Shown here: positions 1-10,151 of the stretch, in pieces
Layout: each line of letters opens with the position of its first letter
Position numbering within the stretch: position 1 is the first letter of the stretch
Assembly: GCA_035715445.1 (NCBI GenBank)
Contig: DASTKZ010000004.1
Coordinates: forward strand, 1 to 62,038
Source: Methyloceanibacter sp.
Lineage (GTDB): Bacteria > Pseudomonadota > Alphaproteobacteria > Rhizobiales > Methyloligellaceae
Reading direction: 5' to 3'
DNA length: 62,038 nucleotides
Program-made: the position numbers and the translations under genes
The notes under the pieces: model-generated
The model's input: the letters and a program-made list of their open reading frames with translations, nothing else
Databases searched by the model: none
What the model was told of the DNA's origin: nothing

Positions 1-929
1 GTAATGCCCTCGGCGATGATGGGATGGGCTTCGCCCGCAGCGTTCCCGGCGCGAAACATTCCATCAGCAAAAGCCGCGCGGATCCCCGGCCTGATCGGAC
101 CGGCGGCGTGCCAGCTCTCGCGAATCTCGGCGTGGGCAAGCCCGTCGGCGACGCCCTGGCAAGACCGAGCGATGTGCCGCAACACGGCGTCGCCGGCGCG
201 CTCCTGGTCCTTGCGGCATCGGTTCAAGGTCTTTCGGGTGATGCAGCACGAGAGACTGACGCGCCCCTGATCGCTCCGCACCATGCCGCCATACCCGCCG
301 GGAAAAACGAGGAGCGGCATCAAATCGGGCGCAAGGTCGGCGCCGTCGAAATGGGCCTTGAAGGCGATGAGGTCGGACTCCCGGTGAGGCGCGTCGCAAT
401 CGGGGAGCCAGGGGCTTTTCTCCCACGAACCGTTGGCCGCGACGATCGTGTCGGCGAGGAGTGCTTCGCGCTTCCGGTCGTGCCCGATCTCGCATCGCCA
501 GCCATGGCGCAAGGGCTCGACGCTTGTGACGCGATACGGTTGCCAGAGATCGGCGCCGGCGCGCGTCGCGGCCTCGAGCAAGAGCAGGTCGAGACGCTCG
601 CGGCCGAGCGCCTGTCCCCATTTGCCAAACGAGCCTCCGACCGCCGGCATCGGCGCGACGCTTACGGTATCGCCGGCGAAGATTGCGACGCGCCGCACCT
701 CGGGGCCGGCGAGCGCGCGCACCTTCTCAAGCAGACCGAGTTCCGCGAGCAGAGCAAACGTGCTCGCCGAGATGAATTCGCCGCACACTTTCGGCCGGGG
801 GTAGCGGCTCATTTCGACGATAGCGACCTTCCAGCCGGCGCGGGCGAGCATGAGCGCGGTGGGGGAGCCTGCCGGGCCGCCGCCGATGACGACGGCGTCA
901 TAGCGTTTGGATGGCGCGGCGTTCAGCAT
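1..929 (-). CDS. NAD(P)/FAD-dependent oxidoreductase (flavoprotein hydroxylase/geranylgeranyl reductase-like), truncated by the left window edge
   Basis: Not in the ORF track because it has no stop inside the window. Hand translation from the ATG at 929 gives MLNAAPSKRYDAVIIGGGPAGS...VEMSRYPRPKVCGEFIS...GNAAGEAHPIIAEGI, with the Rossmann GxGxxG, KVCGE and second FAD motifs. The start overlaps the upstream methyltransferase stop. Confidence 0.88.
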   Translation of the reverse strand, partial: MLNAAPSKRYDAVVIGGGPAGSPTALMLARAGWKVAIVEMSRYPRPKVCGEFISASTFALLAELGLLEKVRALAGPEVRRVAIFAGDTVSVAPMPAVGGSFGKWGQALGRERLDLLLLEAATRAGADLWQPYRVTSVEPLRHGWRCEIGHDRKREALLADTIVAANGSWEKSPWLPDCDAPHRESDLIAFKAHFDGADLAPDLMPLLVFPGGYGGMVRSDQGRVSLSCCITRKTLNRCRKDQERAGDAVLRHIARSCQGVADGLAHAEIRESWHAAGPIRPGIRAAFADGMFRAGNAAGEAHPIIAEGI

Positions 930-1609
930 TTGCGAGCCGTGAAGCCATGGGAGAGCGCGGCGGGTCCCTCGTGCAGGGACCAGCCCTTAAGGTCGGGCCA
1001 CAAGGCAGACAGCTCGCGGCCGCGGAAGCCGGCGCGCACGCTCGCCGGCGCATCGTGCCGGCTGACATGGTTGCAGCCAAGCAGCCAAATCATCCGGCTG
1101 CCGAGAAGCGGAAGCGCGGCACGGCGAGGCTCCAGCGCGACGAAGGCCGGGGCAAGCGCGGCCGATCGCGCGAGAATTTCCGAAAGCTGAGGCGACTCGA
1201 AGTGATGCAGGAAAAGATTGGCGATGACGATATCGGCCGGTTTCGCCGCCGCGAGATAGGCGAACACGTCTTGCGCGACCTGCTCTTGCCGCCAGCCGAG
1301 GTCGTTAATCTCAGCGCGCGTTGCCGCAGGCACGATAGACTGCTGATCGACAAGGACGGTGGCGACGCCCGGCCAATGCGGCGCAAGACGCCGGGCGAGA
1401 CGGAGCATCAAACTGCCGTCGCCCGCGCCAAGCTCGACGATCCGTTTCGGGGGGGCAGTGGCGAGGCGCCGCAAGCGCCGCGCCATGATGGCGGGGTGTA
1501 GCATCACCGCATTGAGGAGCTTGAGGTCGCGGCGCGAGCGAATCGCGGCGGGGTCGTCGGCCGGCAGAACATCGAGGAGCTCGGTTTCGAGACGGCGCGG
1601 GAAGGCCAT
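923..1609 (-). CDS. Class I SAM-dependent methyltransferase (type III PKS-associated)
   Basis: IVELGAGDG SAM motif I, NLFLHHF motif, N-terminal ELLD...RRDLKLLN; start set at MAFPRR. Confidence 0.85.
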   Translation of the reverse strand: MAFPRRLETELLDVLPADDPAAIRSRRDLKLLNAVMLHPAIMARRLRRLATAPPKRIVELGAGDGSLMLRLARRLAPHWPGVATVLVDQQSIVPAATRAEINDLGWRQEQVAQDVFAYLAAAKPADIVIANLFLHHFESPQLSEILARSAALAPAFVALEPRRAALPLLGSRMIWLLGCNHVSRHDAPASVRAGFRGRELSALWPDLKGWSLHEGPAALSHGFTARKC

Positions 1610-1629
1610 GATCGCTTCCTGCCCCTCGT

Positions 1630-2709
1630 TCAAGCGGCGCGTCCCGTTCGGAACAACATGGTTTCGGCGATGAGGCCGGGCCCGAACGCCATGCCGCAAC
1701 CGGCCGCGTCGCGCTCGCCGGCGGCGAGCAGCTTGTTGAGGACGAACATAACAGTCGCGGACGACATGTTGCCGAAATCCCGGAGCACGCCGCGCGAGAC
1801 CGATAGCGCAGCCGGAGGAATGGCGAAAGCGCGCTCGACCGCGTCAACCACGGTCCGGCCGCCGGGATGAACCGCCCAGAGCCCGATCGTTCGCGGGTCT
1901 GCCCCCGCTAGGATCTCCTTGCCGTGGGCGCGAACGCCCTGCTCGATAGCCGCAGGCACTCGTCCCGAGAGAATCATGTCGAAGCCGCTGTCGCCAATGT
2001 CCCAGCGCATCAGCTCGGTCGTGTCGGGAAAATGCACGGCGCGGAAGCTGTCGATGGCGATGCCCTTTGGCTCGGAGGTGACGAGCGAGGCGGCGCAGCC
2101 GTCGCCCCAGAGAAGGAAGGTGAGAAGCTTGGCGAGGTCGCTCGTGTCCTGGAGGTGCAGCGTGCAGAGCTCGAAATTTACGATCAGAATTCTCGCCTTC
2201 GGATCGGATCGGACGATGTGGCGCGCAAGTTTCAGCGCGTTGATCGCCGCATAGCAGCCCATGAAGCCGACGATGGTGCGCTCGATGGAGCGGTGGAGTC
2301 CACAGCGCTCCACCAGTTCGAGATCGAGACCCGGCGCCGTGAAGCCGGTGCAGCAGGTTATGAGGAGGTGCGTGAGGCTTTCGCGTCCGCTGCCGAGTTC
2401 GAGCCGTTCGACGGCTGAGGCGGCGAGCCCCGGAGCCTTGTCATTGAACAGTCGCATGCGTGCCGCGGTCGAGGGGAAGTGGCCCCTGACATAAAAGGCG
2501 TTGGCGTCGAGCTCAGCCGTGTCGTTCTCGGCCGCCGGCGTCAGGAAAGAATAGCGGCGCTCGATGCCGGAGTGCTCGGCCATGCGCCGGAAGATGGTGC
2601 GCTGACGTCGATCGTCAGGAAGCAGCGTTTCGGCAAGGCGAACGAAGCCCGCGTGCACGTTGTTTGGCGGCACGGCAGTCGTGATGCGGTTGATATAAGC
2701 CGTTGTCAT
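1630..2709 (-). CDS. Type III polyketide synthase (chalcone/stilbene synthase family)
   Basis: Catalytic triad Cys (GFMGCYAA), His (WAVHPGG), Asn (FGNMSS); C-terminal AFGPGL. Confidence 0.95.
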   Translation of the reverse strand: MTTAYINRITTAVPPNNVHAGFVRLAETLLPDDRRQRTIFRRMAEHSGIERRYSFLTPAAENDTAELDANAFYVRGHFPSTAARMRLFNDKAPGLAASAVERLELGSGRESLTHLLITCCTGFTAPGLDLELVERCGLHRSIERTIVGFMGCYAAINALKLARHIVRSDPKARILIVNFELCTLHLQDTSDLAKLLTFLLWGDGCAASLVTSEPKGIAIDSFRAVHFPDTTELMRWDIGDSGFDMILSGRVPAAIEQGVRAHGKEILAGADPRTIGLWAVHPGGRTVVDAVERAFAIPPAALSVSRGVLRDFGNMSSATVMFVLNKLLAAGERDAAGCGMAFGPGLIAETMLFRTGRAA

Positions 2710-2833
2710 GGCGGGGACTGAACTTCACCCTCTCAACAACACCCCAGGCCCGGCGGCTATTCGTTCCAACAAGGCGGCGGCCCTATCGCGGGTTCCCGCC
2801 CTCCGCAAAAAAACACCTCAGGCGGCCGATCCA

Positions 2834-3364
2834 TCACCAGTTGGGGTTGGTGCAGCGAACGCCTTTGGGTGGAATCGAGACGATATCGCCGGTCTCAAGC
2901 GAAATCTCCCAGGCGCGGCGCACGTCGCTCCACCACTCCTTTGCTTCGTTGCCCTTCGCTTCACCCATGAACTTCAACGTCGCGTCCTCGCCCTGCACGC
3001 AGGCGATGGAAAACGCCGCCTCCTTCTGCGGCGCCGGCACGACCAGAGCGTCGGTCACGACGAACGAGGCCGGAACGTCGGCGGCCGCCTTGGCGACTTC
3101 ACGGCTTGTGAGCACGAGGTAGGTGCCGTCTTGCTCGCGCTGATATTGGTGGACATAGATCGGAGGGGCGACCAGACCGCCGCCAAGATCGAGCCAGCCC
3201 TCGATCTCGAGCTCATCGTCATAGGTCTTGCCGAGGAAACTCTTGGCGAAGGTCTCATCGGCGGACTCTTCCGGCGCGCGCTCGGCCGGCGCCCCAAGCG
3301 CAAGTTGCGGCGCGAACAGCAAGGCGGCAAGGATCAGAGGCCGTACGGCGCGAATTTGGACCAT
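2834..3364 (-). CDS. Hypothetical secreted protein
   Basis: Signal-peptide-like N-terminus, coding-like codon usage, C-terminal C-x-N. Confidence 0.7.
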   Translation of the reverse strand: MVQIRAVRPLILAALLFAPQLALGAPAERAPEESADETFAKSFLGKTYDDELEIEGWLDLGGGLVAPPIYVHQYQREQDGTYLVLTSREVAKAAADVPASFVVTDALVVPAPQKEAAFSIACVQGEDATLKFMGEAKGNEAKEWWSDVRRAWEISLETGDIVSIPPKGVRCTNPNW

Positions 3365-3500
3365 CGAGATTTCCCCCGGACGGAAACGTCTGGCCCCGAC
3401 AGTCTACTCACAATCGTGACCAAATCGGCGCGGGCGGCGGCCTTTGCATGAAACCCCGGAGGAAGCCCAAGGCCCAAGTCGCGGGCTCAAGAAAACGCGG

Positions 3501-3661
3501 TCACCGCGGGACAAGAGAGGCGGGCTTGCAGGTCTTGGTCGCCTTGTCCCACACGCCGCCCGTGGCCGGCATTGCTCCGCACGGCCGAGGCATTGCTTGC
3601 CGTCCCAGAATTTCCCCGCCTTCCGGCACTTTTCGGCGGGGCTGGTATCGGGTGCCGACAA
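3501..3661 (-). pseudogene. Possible frameshifted remnant of a Cys-rich repeat protein
   Basis: Two frames join near 3566 into AEKCRKAGKFWDGKQC...AEQCR/ATGGVWDKATKTCK, two copies of C-x3-G-x2-W-D-x(3-5)-C. No intact start was found. Confidence 0.4.
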
Positions 3662-3904
3662 GAATCACCGCGCCTGACCGCCACAGCCGCGCGGCGAGGC
3701 TCAAGACGCCCGCCTTGCCTGTTCTTTTGGGAGCCGATCTGGCAATCTTCCGCCCGACACGCCGCTTGCCGCATTTGAACCTTTCGACCTTCGCCGGCGT
3801 CCAAGGTTACGCGAGCGGCGGGGATGCCGATGCAAGCGCAAGCCGAAGAGCGGGCGCCATCGGCGAGCGATCAATCGGGCGGGCGCTAGCTCGGCATCGC
3901 AAGC

Positions 3905-5065
3905 ATGATCAATGCACGCATGATGAGGATGTTGCTCGCCGCGGGCCTTGCTTGCCTCGGCATGGCGCTCGCCGGTCTTGGCGCCGCGTGCGATTCGGAG
4001 CCGCAGCAATCGAGCGAAGCGGAGGGCCGCCGGCTCGACGCCATGATCGGGCAGATGATCATGATCGGCTTCGAGGGGCGGAGCGAACGCGAGCCGGACG
4101 TCGTGGCCGCGCACGATCAATTGGCGCAAGGGGTGATCGGGGGCGTCGTGCTCTACCCGGACAACATCGGTTTGCCGGAGCAACTCCGCGCGCTCACGAC
4201 CTATTTGCGCGATGCCAAGTCGTGGCCGATCCCATTCATCGCCGTCGATCAGGAAGGGGGATTGGTGCAGCGCCTGACCGGGCACCGCTACTTTCCATCG
4301 GCGCGGAGCGTCGGCGCCAATCCGAGCTTCGCCGCGCCGCACGCCGCCGAGCGTCTCTACCAGACCATGGCCGAGGAGCTGGCCAAAGCCGGTTTCAACC
4401 TCAATTTCGGTCCGGTCGTTGATCTCAGCCTCAATCCCCACAACTACGTCATCGTGCAGCGCGACAGAAGTTTCGGGGCCGATCCCAACATCGTTGCCAC
4501 GCTCGCCGGCGCCTTCATCCGCGCCCATCGCGTCGCGGGTATCGCCACGGTGGCGAAGCACTTTCCTGGGCATGGGTCGAGCACGGCCGACAGCCACAAG
4601 ACGCTCGCCGACGTCACCGGCACCTGGCAGGAGATCGAGATCGAGCCCTATCGGACGCTCGCCAAGGAGGGGTTGCTCGACGGCGTGATGGTCGGCCATC
4701 TCTACCATCCCCGATTCAGCGACGGCGCGAAGCTTCCGGCCTCGCTGTCGGGGCGGGCCGTCGCCGCTCTGCGCGATACCGGCTTCAAAGGCGTCGTGGT
4801 CAGCGACGACATGGAGATGGGCGCGGTCCGCGACGACTATTCGATCGAAGAGCGCGCGGTGAAGGCGGTCAACGCCGGCACCGATCTCCTCGTCTTCTCC
4901 AACGTCGCCTTGCGCGATCCGGAGCTCGGGACAAAGCTCCACGCCATCATCGCCAATGCCGTGCGCGAGGGGCGCATCTCGCGGTCACGCATCGAGAAGG
5001 CCTACGGCAAGATCATGCTGTTGAAGCGCCGCATCGCCGAGCACGACCTGCCCGGCAAATGGTGA
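3905..5065 (+). CDS. Glycoside hydrolase family 3 (beta-N-acetylhexosaminidase, NagZ-like), exported or lipoprotein
   Basis: VDQEGG, KHFPGHG, DSH and SDDMEMGA motifs; hydrophobic leader ending LGAAC. Confidence 0.9.
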   Translation: MINARMMRMLLAAGLACLGMALAGLGAACDSEPQQSSEAEGRRLDAMIGQMIMIGFEGRSEREPDVVAAHDQLAQGVIGGVVLYPDNIGLPEQLRALTTYLRDAKSWPIPFIAVDQEGGLVQRLTGHRYFPSARSVGANPSFAAPHAAERLYQTMAEELAKAGFNLNFGPVVDLSLNPHNYVIVQRDRSFGADPNIVATLAGAFIRAHRVAGIATVAKHFPGHGSSTADSHKTLADVTGTWQEIEIEPYRTLAKEGLLDGVMVGHLYHPRFSDGAKLPASLSGRAVAALRDTGFKGVVVSDDMEMGAVRDDYSIEERAVKAVNAGTDLLVFSNVALRDPELGTKLHAIIANAVREGRISRSRIEKAYGKIMLLKRRIAEHDLPGKW

Positions 5066-5079
5066 GCACGTTTCCGGCC

Positions 5080-6114
5080 TCAGTGGTAGGCGTCGTGCTC
5101 GGGCGCGTGCCATAGCGCGTAGTAGGAATACGCGGTGTAGCCGAGGATGATCGGCAGCAGCGGGATCGCGCCATATAGCATAAAGAGCTGGCTGTCCGGC
5201 GCGGCGGCGGCCTGCCAAATCGTGATACCGGGCGGAACGATATAGGGGAACAGGCTGACGGCGAGGCCGGTGTAGCACAGCATGAAGAGCGCGGCGCCGA
5301 GCAGGAAGGGCGTGTAGCGCTGCCGGCGGTTAAGCGCGAGCCACAGCGCGCCCACGGCAGCGGCGGTCGCGAGCGGCACCGGGCTCAGCATCACCATGTT
5401 GGCCGGAGTGAACCAGCGCGCGGCGATCTCGGGATGCAGGAGCGGCGTCCAGATGCTGAAAATGACGATGAACGCGGCCATCGCAATCAGTGCGGGATAG
5501 GCGATGCGGTAAGCCCATTCGCGTAAGGCGTCGTCGGCTTTCATGATCAGCCACCCCGTGGACAGCATCACATAGCCGGCGAGAAGCGCTAAAGACGTCA
5601 CGGCCGAAAACGGCGTCAACCAGTCGAACGGGCCGCCGGAGAACTTGTTGTCGGTGACGGCGAAGCCTTCGATGAAGGCCCCAATGATCGCGCCCTGCAT
5701 CAGCGCCGCAAGCACCGATCCGAAGCTGAAGGCGAAGTCCCACAGAAAGCGCGAGCGCTGCGACTTGAAGCGGAACTCGAAAGCGACGCCACGCAGGATC
5801 AGCCCGATCAGCATGAGGATGATGGGGATGTAGAGCGCGGGCAGCATGATCGAATAGGCGAGTGGAAACGCCGCGAGCAGTCCGCCGCCGCCGAGCACGA
5901 GCCAGGTCTCGTTGCCGTCCCAGAACGGTGCCACTGACGCCATCATCGCGTCGCGGTCCTTGTGCGACGGCGCGAGCGGGAAGAGCACGCCGAGACCGAG
6001 ATCGTAGCCGCCGAGCAGCACGTATAGGAACACGGCAAAGGCCAGGATCGCAGCCCAGACGAGCGGCAGGAGCACGGGAAGGAAATCCGTCATCTGGCTT
6101 GCTGTTTCGGTCAT
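5080..6114 (-). CDS. cydB: Cytochrome bd ubiquinol oxidase subunit II
   Basis: GYDLGLG, PFWDGNETWLV, LRGVAFEFR; ATGA overlap with the cydA stop. Confidence 0.95.
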   Translation of the reverse strand: MTETASQMTDFLPVLLPLVWAAILAFAVFLYVLLGGYDLGLGVLFPLAPSHKDRDAMMASVAPFWDGNETWLVLGGGGLLAAFPLAYSIMLPALYIPIILMLIGLILRGVAFEFRFKSQRSRFLWDFAFSFGSVLAALMQGAIIGAFIEGFAVTDNKFSGGPFDWLTPFSAVTSLALLAGYVMLSTGWLIMKADDALREWAYRIAYPALIAMAAFIVIFSIWTPLLHPEIAARWFTPANMVMLSPVPLATAAAVGALWLALNRRQRYTPFLLGAALFMLCYTGLAVSLFPYIVPPGITIWQAAAAPDSQLFMLYGAIPLLPIILGYTAYSYYALWHAPEHDAYH

Positions 6115-7496
6115 GGGTTGCCTGCCGCGGCCATCGGCCGATGTGAAAGGTCAGCGTCGTCGAGCTGGGGCACGGGCGGGGTTTCGTCGGGACCGCGCCG
6201 CACGAGCTTCGCGATGTAATAGAGGCCGGCGCCGAAGATGATGCCGTAGACCAGCACGAAGAGAAGGAGTGAGAACAGCACACTGCCGCCGGGAACGGGC
6301 GAGACGGCGTCCGCCGTGCGCAGCACGCCATAGACGGTCCAAGGCTGGCGTCCCACCTCGGCCACGAACCACCCCGCCAACACCGCGACGAAGCCGAGCG
6401 GCGAGACCCACACGAGCACGCGCAAGAACCAGCCGCTGTCGAACAGCCGTCCCCTGAGCCACAGAAACGAGCCGACCAGTCCCACCGCGATCATGATGAG
6501 GCCGATGCCGACCATGATGCGGAAGGCAAAAAACGGGATGATCGGATTGGGACGATCCTCGGGCGGGAAGGCTTTCAGTCCTTGGATCTCGCCGTCCCAT
6601 CGATGCGTCAGGATGAAACTGCCGAGCTTCGGAATCGCGATCTCGAAGTGATTCTTCTCCGCGGCGGGGTCGGGGACGGCGAATAAGATCAGCGGGGCGC
6701 TCCGCTGCGTTTCCCAATGGGCTTCGAGCGCGGCGATCTTGGCCGGCTGGTGCTCGCGCGCATTCAGTCCATGCTGATCGCCGATCACGAGCTGGAGCGG
6801 CGCGAGCCAGACGAGCAGGCTCAAGCCCATGCCGAGCATGATGCGGCCGTGGGGGACGCTCCGCTCGCGCAGAATGTACCAGGCGCCGATGCCGGCGACG
6901 ATAAAGGCGGTGGTGAGATAGGCGGCGGCGACCATATGGGCGAGGCGGTAGGGGAAGGACGGATTGAAGATCACCTGCCACCAATCGGTGACGTGAAGTA
7001 CGCCGTCCTCGGCGACGCGGAACCCGGCCGGGGTCTGCATCCAGCTATTGGCCGAGAGAATCCAGAAGGCCGAGACCACGGTGCCGAGCGCCACCATGCA
7101 GCTCGCGAAGAAATGCACCCATTTCGGCACGCGGTTCCATCCGAACAGCATGATGCCGAGAAAGCCCGCTTCGAGAAAGAAAGCGGTCAGCACTTCGTAC
7201 GACATCAAGGGGCCGATGACGTTGCCACCGCGGCGCGACAGTTCGCTCCAATTGGTGCCGAACTCGTAGGAGAGGACGACGCCGGAGACCACGCCCATGC
7301 CGAAGGAGACGGCGAAGATCTTGGTCCAATGAAGCGCGATGTCGCGGTAGATCGCCTTTCCGGTGCGAAGCCACAGCGCCTCGAGCACGACGAGCCAGGC
7401 TGCGAGCCCGATGGTGAAGGACGGAAAGAGAATGTGGAACGAGATGGTGAAGGCGAACTGGATGCGCGACAGCAATAGCGGATCGAGCTCTGACAT
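6111..7496 (-). CDS. cydA: Cytochrome bd ubiquinol oxidase subunit I (short Q-loop, CioA type)
   Basis: SRIQFAFTISFH, FGTNW, ANSWMQTP, QPAKIAALE, GRQPW motifs. Confidence 0.95.
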   Translation of the reverse strand: MSELDPLLLSRIQFAFTISFHILFPSFTIGLAAWLVVLEALWLRTGKAIYRDIALHWTKIFAVSFGMGVVSGVVLSYEFGTNWSELSRRGGNVIGPLMSYEVLTAFFLEAGFLGIMLFGWNRVPKWVHFFASCMVALGTVVSAFWILSANSWMQTPAGFRVAEDGVLHVTDWWQVIFNPSFPYRLAHMVAAAYLTTAFIVAGIGAWYILRERSVPHGRIMLGMGLSLLVWLAPLQLVIGDQHGLNAREHQPAKIAALEAHWETQRSAPLILFAVPDPAAEKNHFEIAIPKLGSFILTHRWDGEIQGLKAFPPEDRPNPIIPFFAFRIMVGIGLIMIAVGLVGSFLWLRGRLFDSGWFLRVLVWVSPLGFVAVLAGWFVAEVGRQPWTVYGVLRTADAVSPVPGGSVLFSLLLFVLVYGIIFGAGLYYIAKLVRRGPDETPPVPQLDDADLSHRPMAAAGNP

Positions 7497-7587
7497 CCCT
7501 GGCTCCACCTCGCAAGACGGCGTTTAGGGTTCGCCGATTCTCGAAGCCGAGACTAGCGCCGTTCGCGCGCGAGGCGAAGCGCCCAAT

Positions 7588-9022
7588 TTAACCGGCGCGG
7601 ATGGTTTTGAACGCTTCGAGCGCGCGGACACGAGCGGCGGCATGCTCGACGATAGGTGTGGGATAGGTGCGACCCAAGGCGACATTTGCGTCTGCGAGCG
7701 TCTGAGGCGGGGCTTCCCACGGCGCATGAATGACTGGCGCGGGCAGAAGCTTCAGTTCCGGCACCCATATCCGCACGTAGTCGCCGCGCGGATCGAATTT
7801 CCGGCCCTGAAGCACGGGGTTGAAGATGCGGAAATAGGGCGCGGCGTCTGTGCCCGAGCCCGCCACCCACTGCCAGCTCGCCGAATTGTTGGCGAGGTCG
7901 GCATCGACGAGAGTGTCGAGGAACCAATCGGCGCCAGGGCAGCAGCAGATGCTTGACGAGAAATGACGCAACGATCATGCGCGCGCGGTTCGGCATCCAG
8001 CCCGTCTGCCAGAGCTGGCGCATGGCGGCATCGACGATGGGATAGCCGGTCTCACCCTTCTGCCAGCAGTGGAATGCTGGGGCGTCGTCGCGCCAGGGGA
8101 AGCGGGCAAACTCGGGCTTGAGCGGTTGATGCGTCATCGCCGGGAAACGGTCGAGCAGGTGATAGGAAAACTCGCGCCAGCCGAGCTCGCGAAGAAAGGA
8201 GAAGGCGCCGCGATCGAGCTTGCCGCGCGCGCTAGCGGCGGCATGGGTCACGGCGTGCCAGACCTGGTTCGGGCCGAGCTCGCCGAAATGGAGATAGGGC
8301 GAGAGAAGCGACGACGTATCGCCGTCGAGATTGCCCCGGTCGTCGGCGTAACGTTGCAGGCGCTCGGCGATGAAGTCGCGAAGCCGCGCTTGCGCTGCGC
8401 TTTCGCCGGGCTGCCAGGCCGCGCGCAAACCGCCGGCCCAATCGGGTTTGGCCGGGAGTAGCTCAAGGCTCTCCAGACTCTCACTGTTGGCGGCGGCGAA
8501 ACGGCCGAGCTTCGGGACCGGAAGAGGCGCGCGCGGCGGCGGCGCGGCAAGGCAAGCCTTCCAGAACGGCGCGAACACGCGAAAGGGTTGCCCGCTCCCG
8601 GTTGCGATGGCCTCTGGCTCGAACAGGAGCCGGCCGGGAAAGAGCCGAAGCTCTGCGTTGCGTGCGGCGCAAACGGCGACGACAGTTTCTTCGAGCTTGC
8701 TCTCCCAAGGCTCGTAGCCTTTCGTCGCATGAATGGCAGATGCGCCGGTTTCATCGAGCAGCGCCGCCAGAATTTTCGGCACAGCGCCTCGACGCAGGTG
8801 AAGCCTGCCGCCGTGCTCGGCAAGACCGCGGCCGAGCGCGGCAAGGCTCCCATGCAGCCACCAGCGGGCGGCGCCCCCCATTCGCAAAGAGCCCGGCGTC
8901 TCGTCGTCGAGAATGTAGACGGGGAGGAGGGGCGCGCCGATCTTCGCCGCCTCGCGGAGTACGGCATGATCGGCAAGCCTGAGATCAAGCCGAAACCAGA
9001 CGATGATGGGGCTTGCGGTCAA
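7588..9022 (-). pseudogene. phr: Deoxyribodipyrimidine photolyase, frameshifted near 7935
   Basis: TTG start after GAGGA gives IIVWFRLDLRLADH...TGYPIVDAAMRQLWQTGWMPNRARMIVASFLVKHLLLPW. The C-terminus GADWFLDTLVDADLANNSASWQWVAG...YFRIFNP is in another frame. Confidence 0.88.
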
Positions 9023-9036
9023 TCGCGCGACCGTCC

Positions 9037-9558
9037 TCAGTCGCCGCGGGTGGCGGCAAGTGCCGCTTCGTGATGCTGGCGGGAGGCCGCGCCGAAGCAA
9101 CAGAAGACGACGCGCTCGATCGAAGCCGCTTGGGAGAGCGCGGCTGCGACGGCGCGAACGGCGATGAGCGCCGCGCGCTCGGGCGGAAAGCCGTAAGCGC
9201 CGGTCGAGATGGCGGGATAGGCGATCGAGCTGAGCCCGCGCTCGGAGGCAAGCGCGAGACTGTTGCGATAGCAGCTCGCGAGCAGCCGGTCCTCGCCGCG
9301 CTCGCCGCCGCCCCAGACAGGGCCGACGGTGTGGATCACGTGGCGCGCCTTGAGGCGGAAGCCGGGCGTGATCTTGGCCTCGCCCGTCTCGCAACCGCCG
9401 AGCGCGGCGCAAGCCTGTTTAAGCTCGGGGCCGGCCGCGCGATGGATCGCGCCATCGACGCCGCCGCCGCCGAGCAGGCTCCGATTGGCGGCGTTGACTA
9501 TGGCGTCGACGTCAAGCGCGGTGATATCGGCCTCGATGATCGCGATGCGGTCAAGCAT
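9037..9558 (-). CDS. Macrodomain O-acetyl-ADP-ribose deacetylase (YmdB-like)
   Basis: DIT...[39 protein letters not shown]. Confidence 0.93.
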   Translation of the reverse strand: MLDRIAIIEADITALDVDAIVNAANRSLLGGGGVDGAIHRAAGPELKQACAALGGCETGEAKITPGFRLKARHVIHTVGPVWGGGERGEDRLLASCYRNSLALASERGLSSIAYPAISTGAYGFPPERAALIAVRAVAAALSQAASIERVVFCCFGAASRQHHEAALAATRGD

Positions 9559-9605
9559 CGCGCATTGGTCGCCGGGTCCAAGCGCCGATCAAGAGGCCTT
9601 GCCGA

Positions 9606-10151
9606 CTACTCGGCCGCCGACGCCGACGAGCCTTCCGCCGAGGACGGATTGACCGACCTGATCCAGGCGATGATCTTCCATACATCGTCGTTGGATTTGA
9701 CGATCCCGCCGAAGGGCGGCATCGGTCCGACCACGTTCTCCGATCCCTTGCGCTGATAGCCATCCTTCTGCAGTTCGTCTGAGCCGAGCGCGATCAAGCG
9801 GAACAGCGTGTCGCCGTCCTTCCCGTAGACCCAGACCTGGTTGGTGAGCGGAGGCCCCATGCCGCCGCCGCCGGTGCCACCGTGGCAACCGTTGCATCCG
9901 GCAGCCATGAATTTCTTATGGCCTTCATCGGCGACGCTCGCAAAGTCCTCATAGGGACTCTTCAGGCTGCCCTTCTCGGCTTGGCGCGCGGTTTCGAGCG
10001 GGGTGCCACCTCCGGCGGCCGCTTCGGCGTTCGGCGCCGGAGCCTGTGCCGCAGGGGCGCCTTCGGATGCGGGCGGCTGGGCTTCGTCGGCAGCAAGAGC
10101 AACGCCGCCTGCGAATCCGACAAGCAAGAGACTGAGTCCGATTCTAAGCAT
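9606..10151 (-). CDS. Periplasmic monoheme c-type cytochrome
   Basis: Signal peptide, CNGCH heme motif, GGGGMGPPL, distal GPMPPFG Met ligand; GAGGA RBS. Confidence 0.9.
   Translation of the reverse strand: MLRIGLSLLLVGFAGGVALAADEAQPPASEGAPAAQAPAPNAEAAAGGGTPLETARQAEKGSLKSPYEDFASVADEGHKKFMAAGCNGCHGGTGGGGMGPPLTNQVWVYGKDGDTLFRLIALGSDELQKDGYQRKGSENVVGPMPPFGGIVKSNDDVWKIIAWIRSVNPSSAEGSSASAAE

Noticed and set aside
7553-9412. 619-aa ORF read as an intact macrodomain-photolyase fusion
   Set aside because: Its N-terminal part is an off-frame overlap of the macrodomain gene and its C-terminal tail is post-frameshift sequence; photolyase similarity starts at the TTG at 9022.
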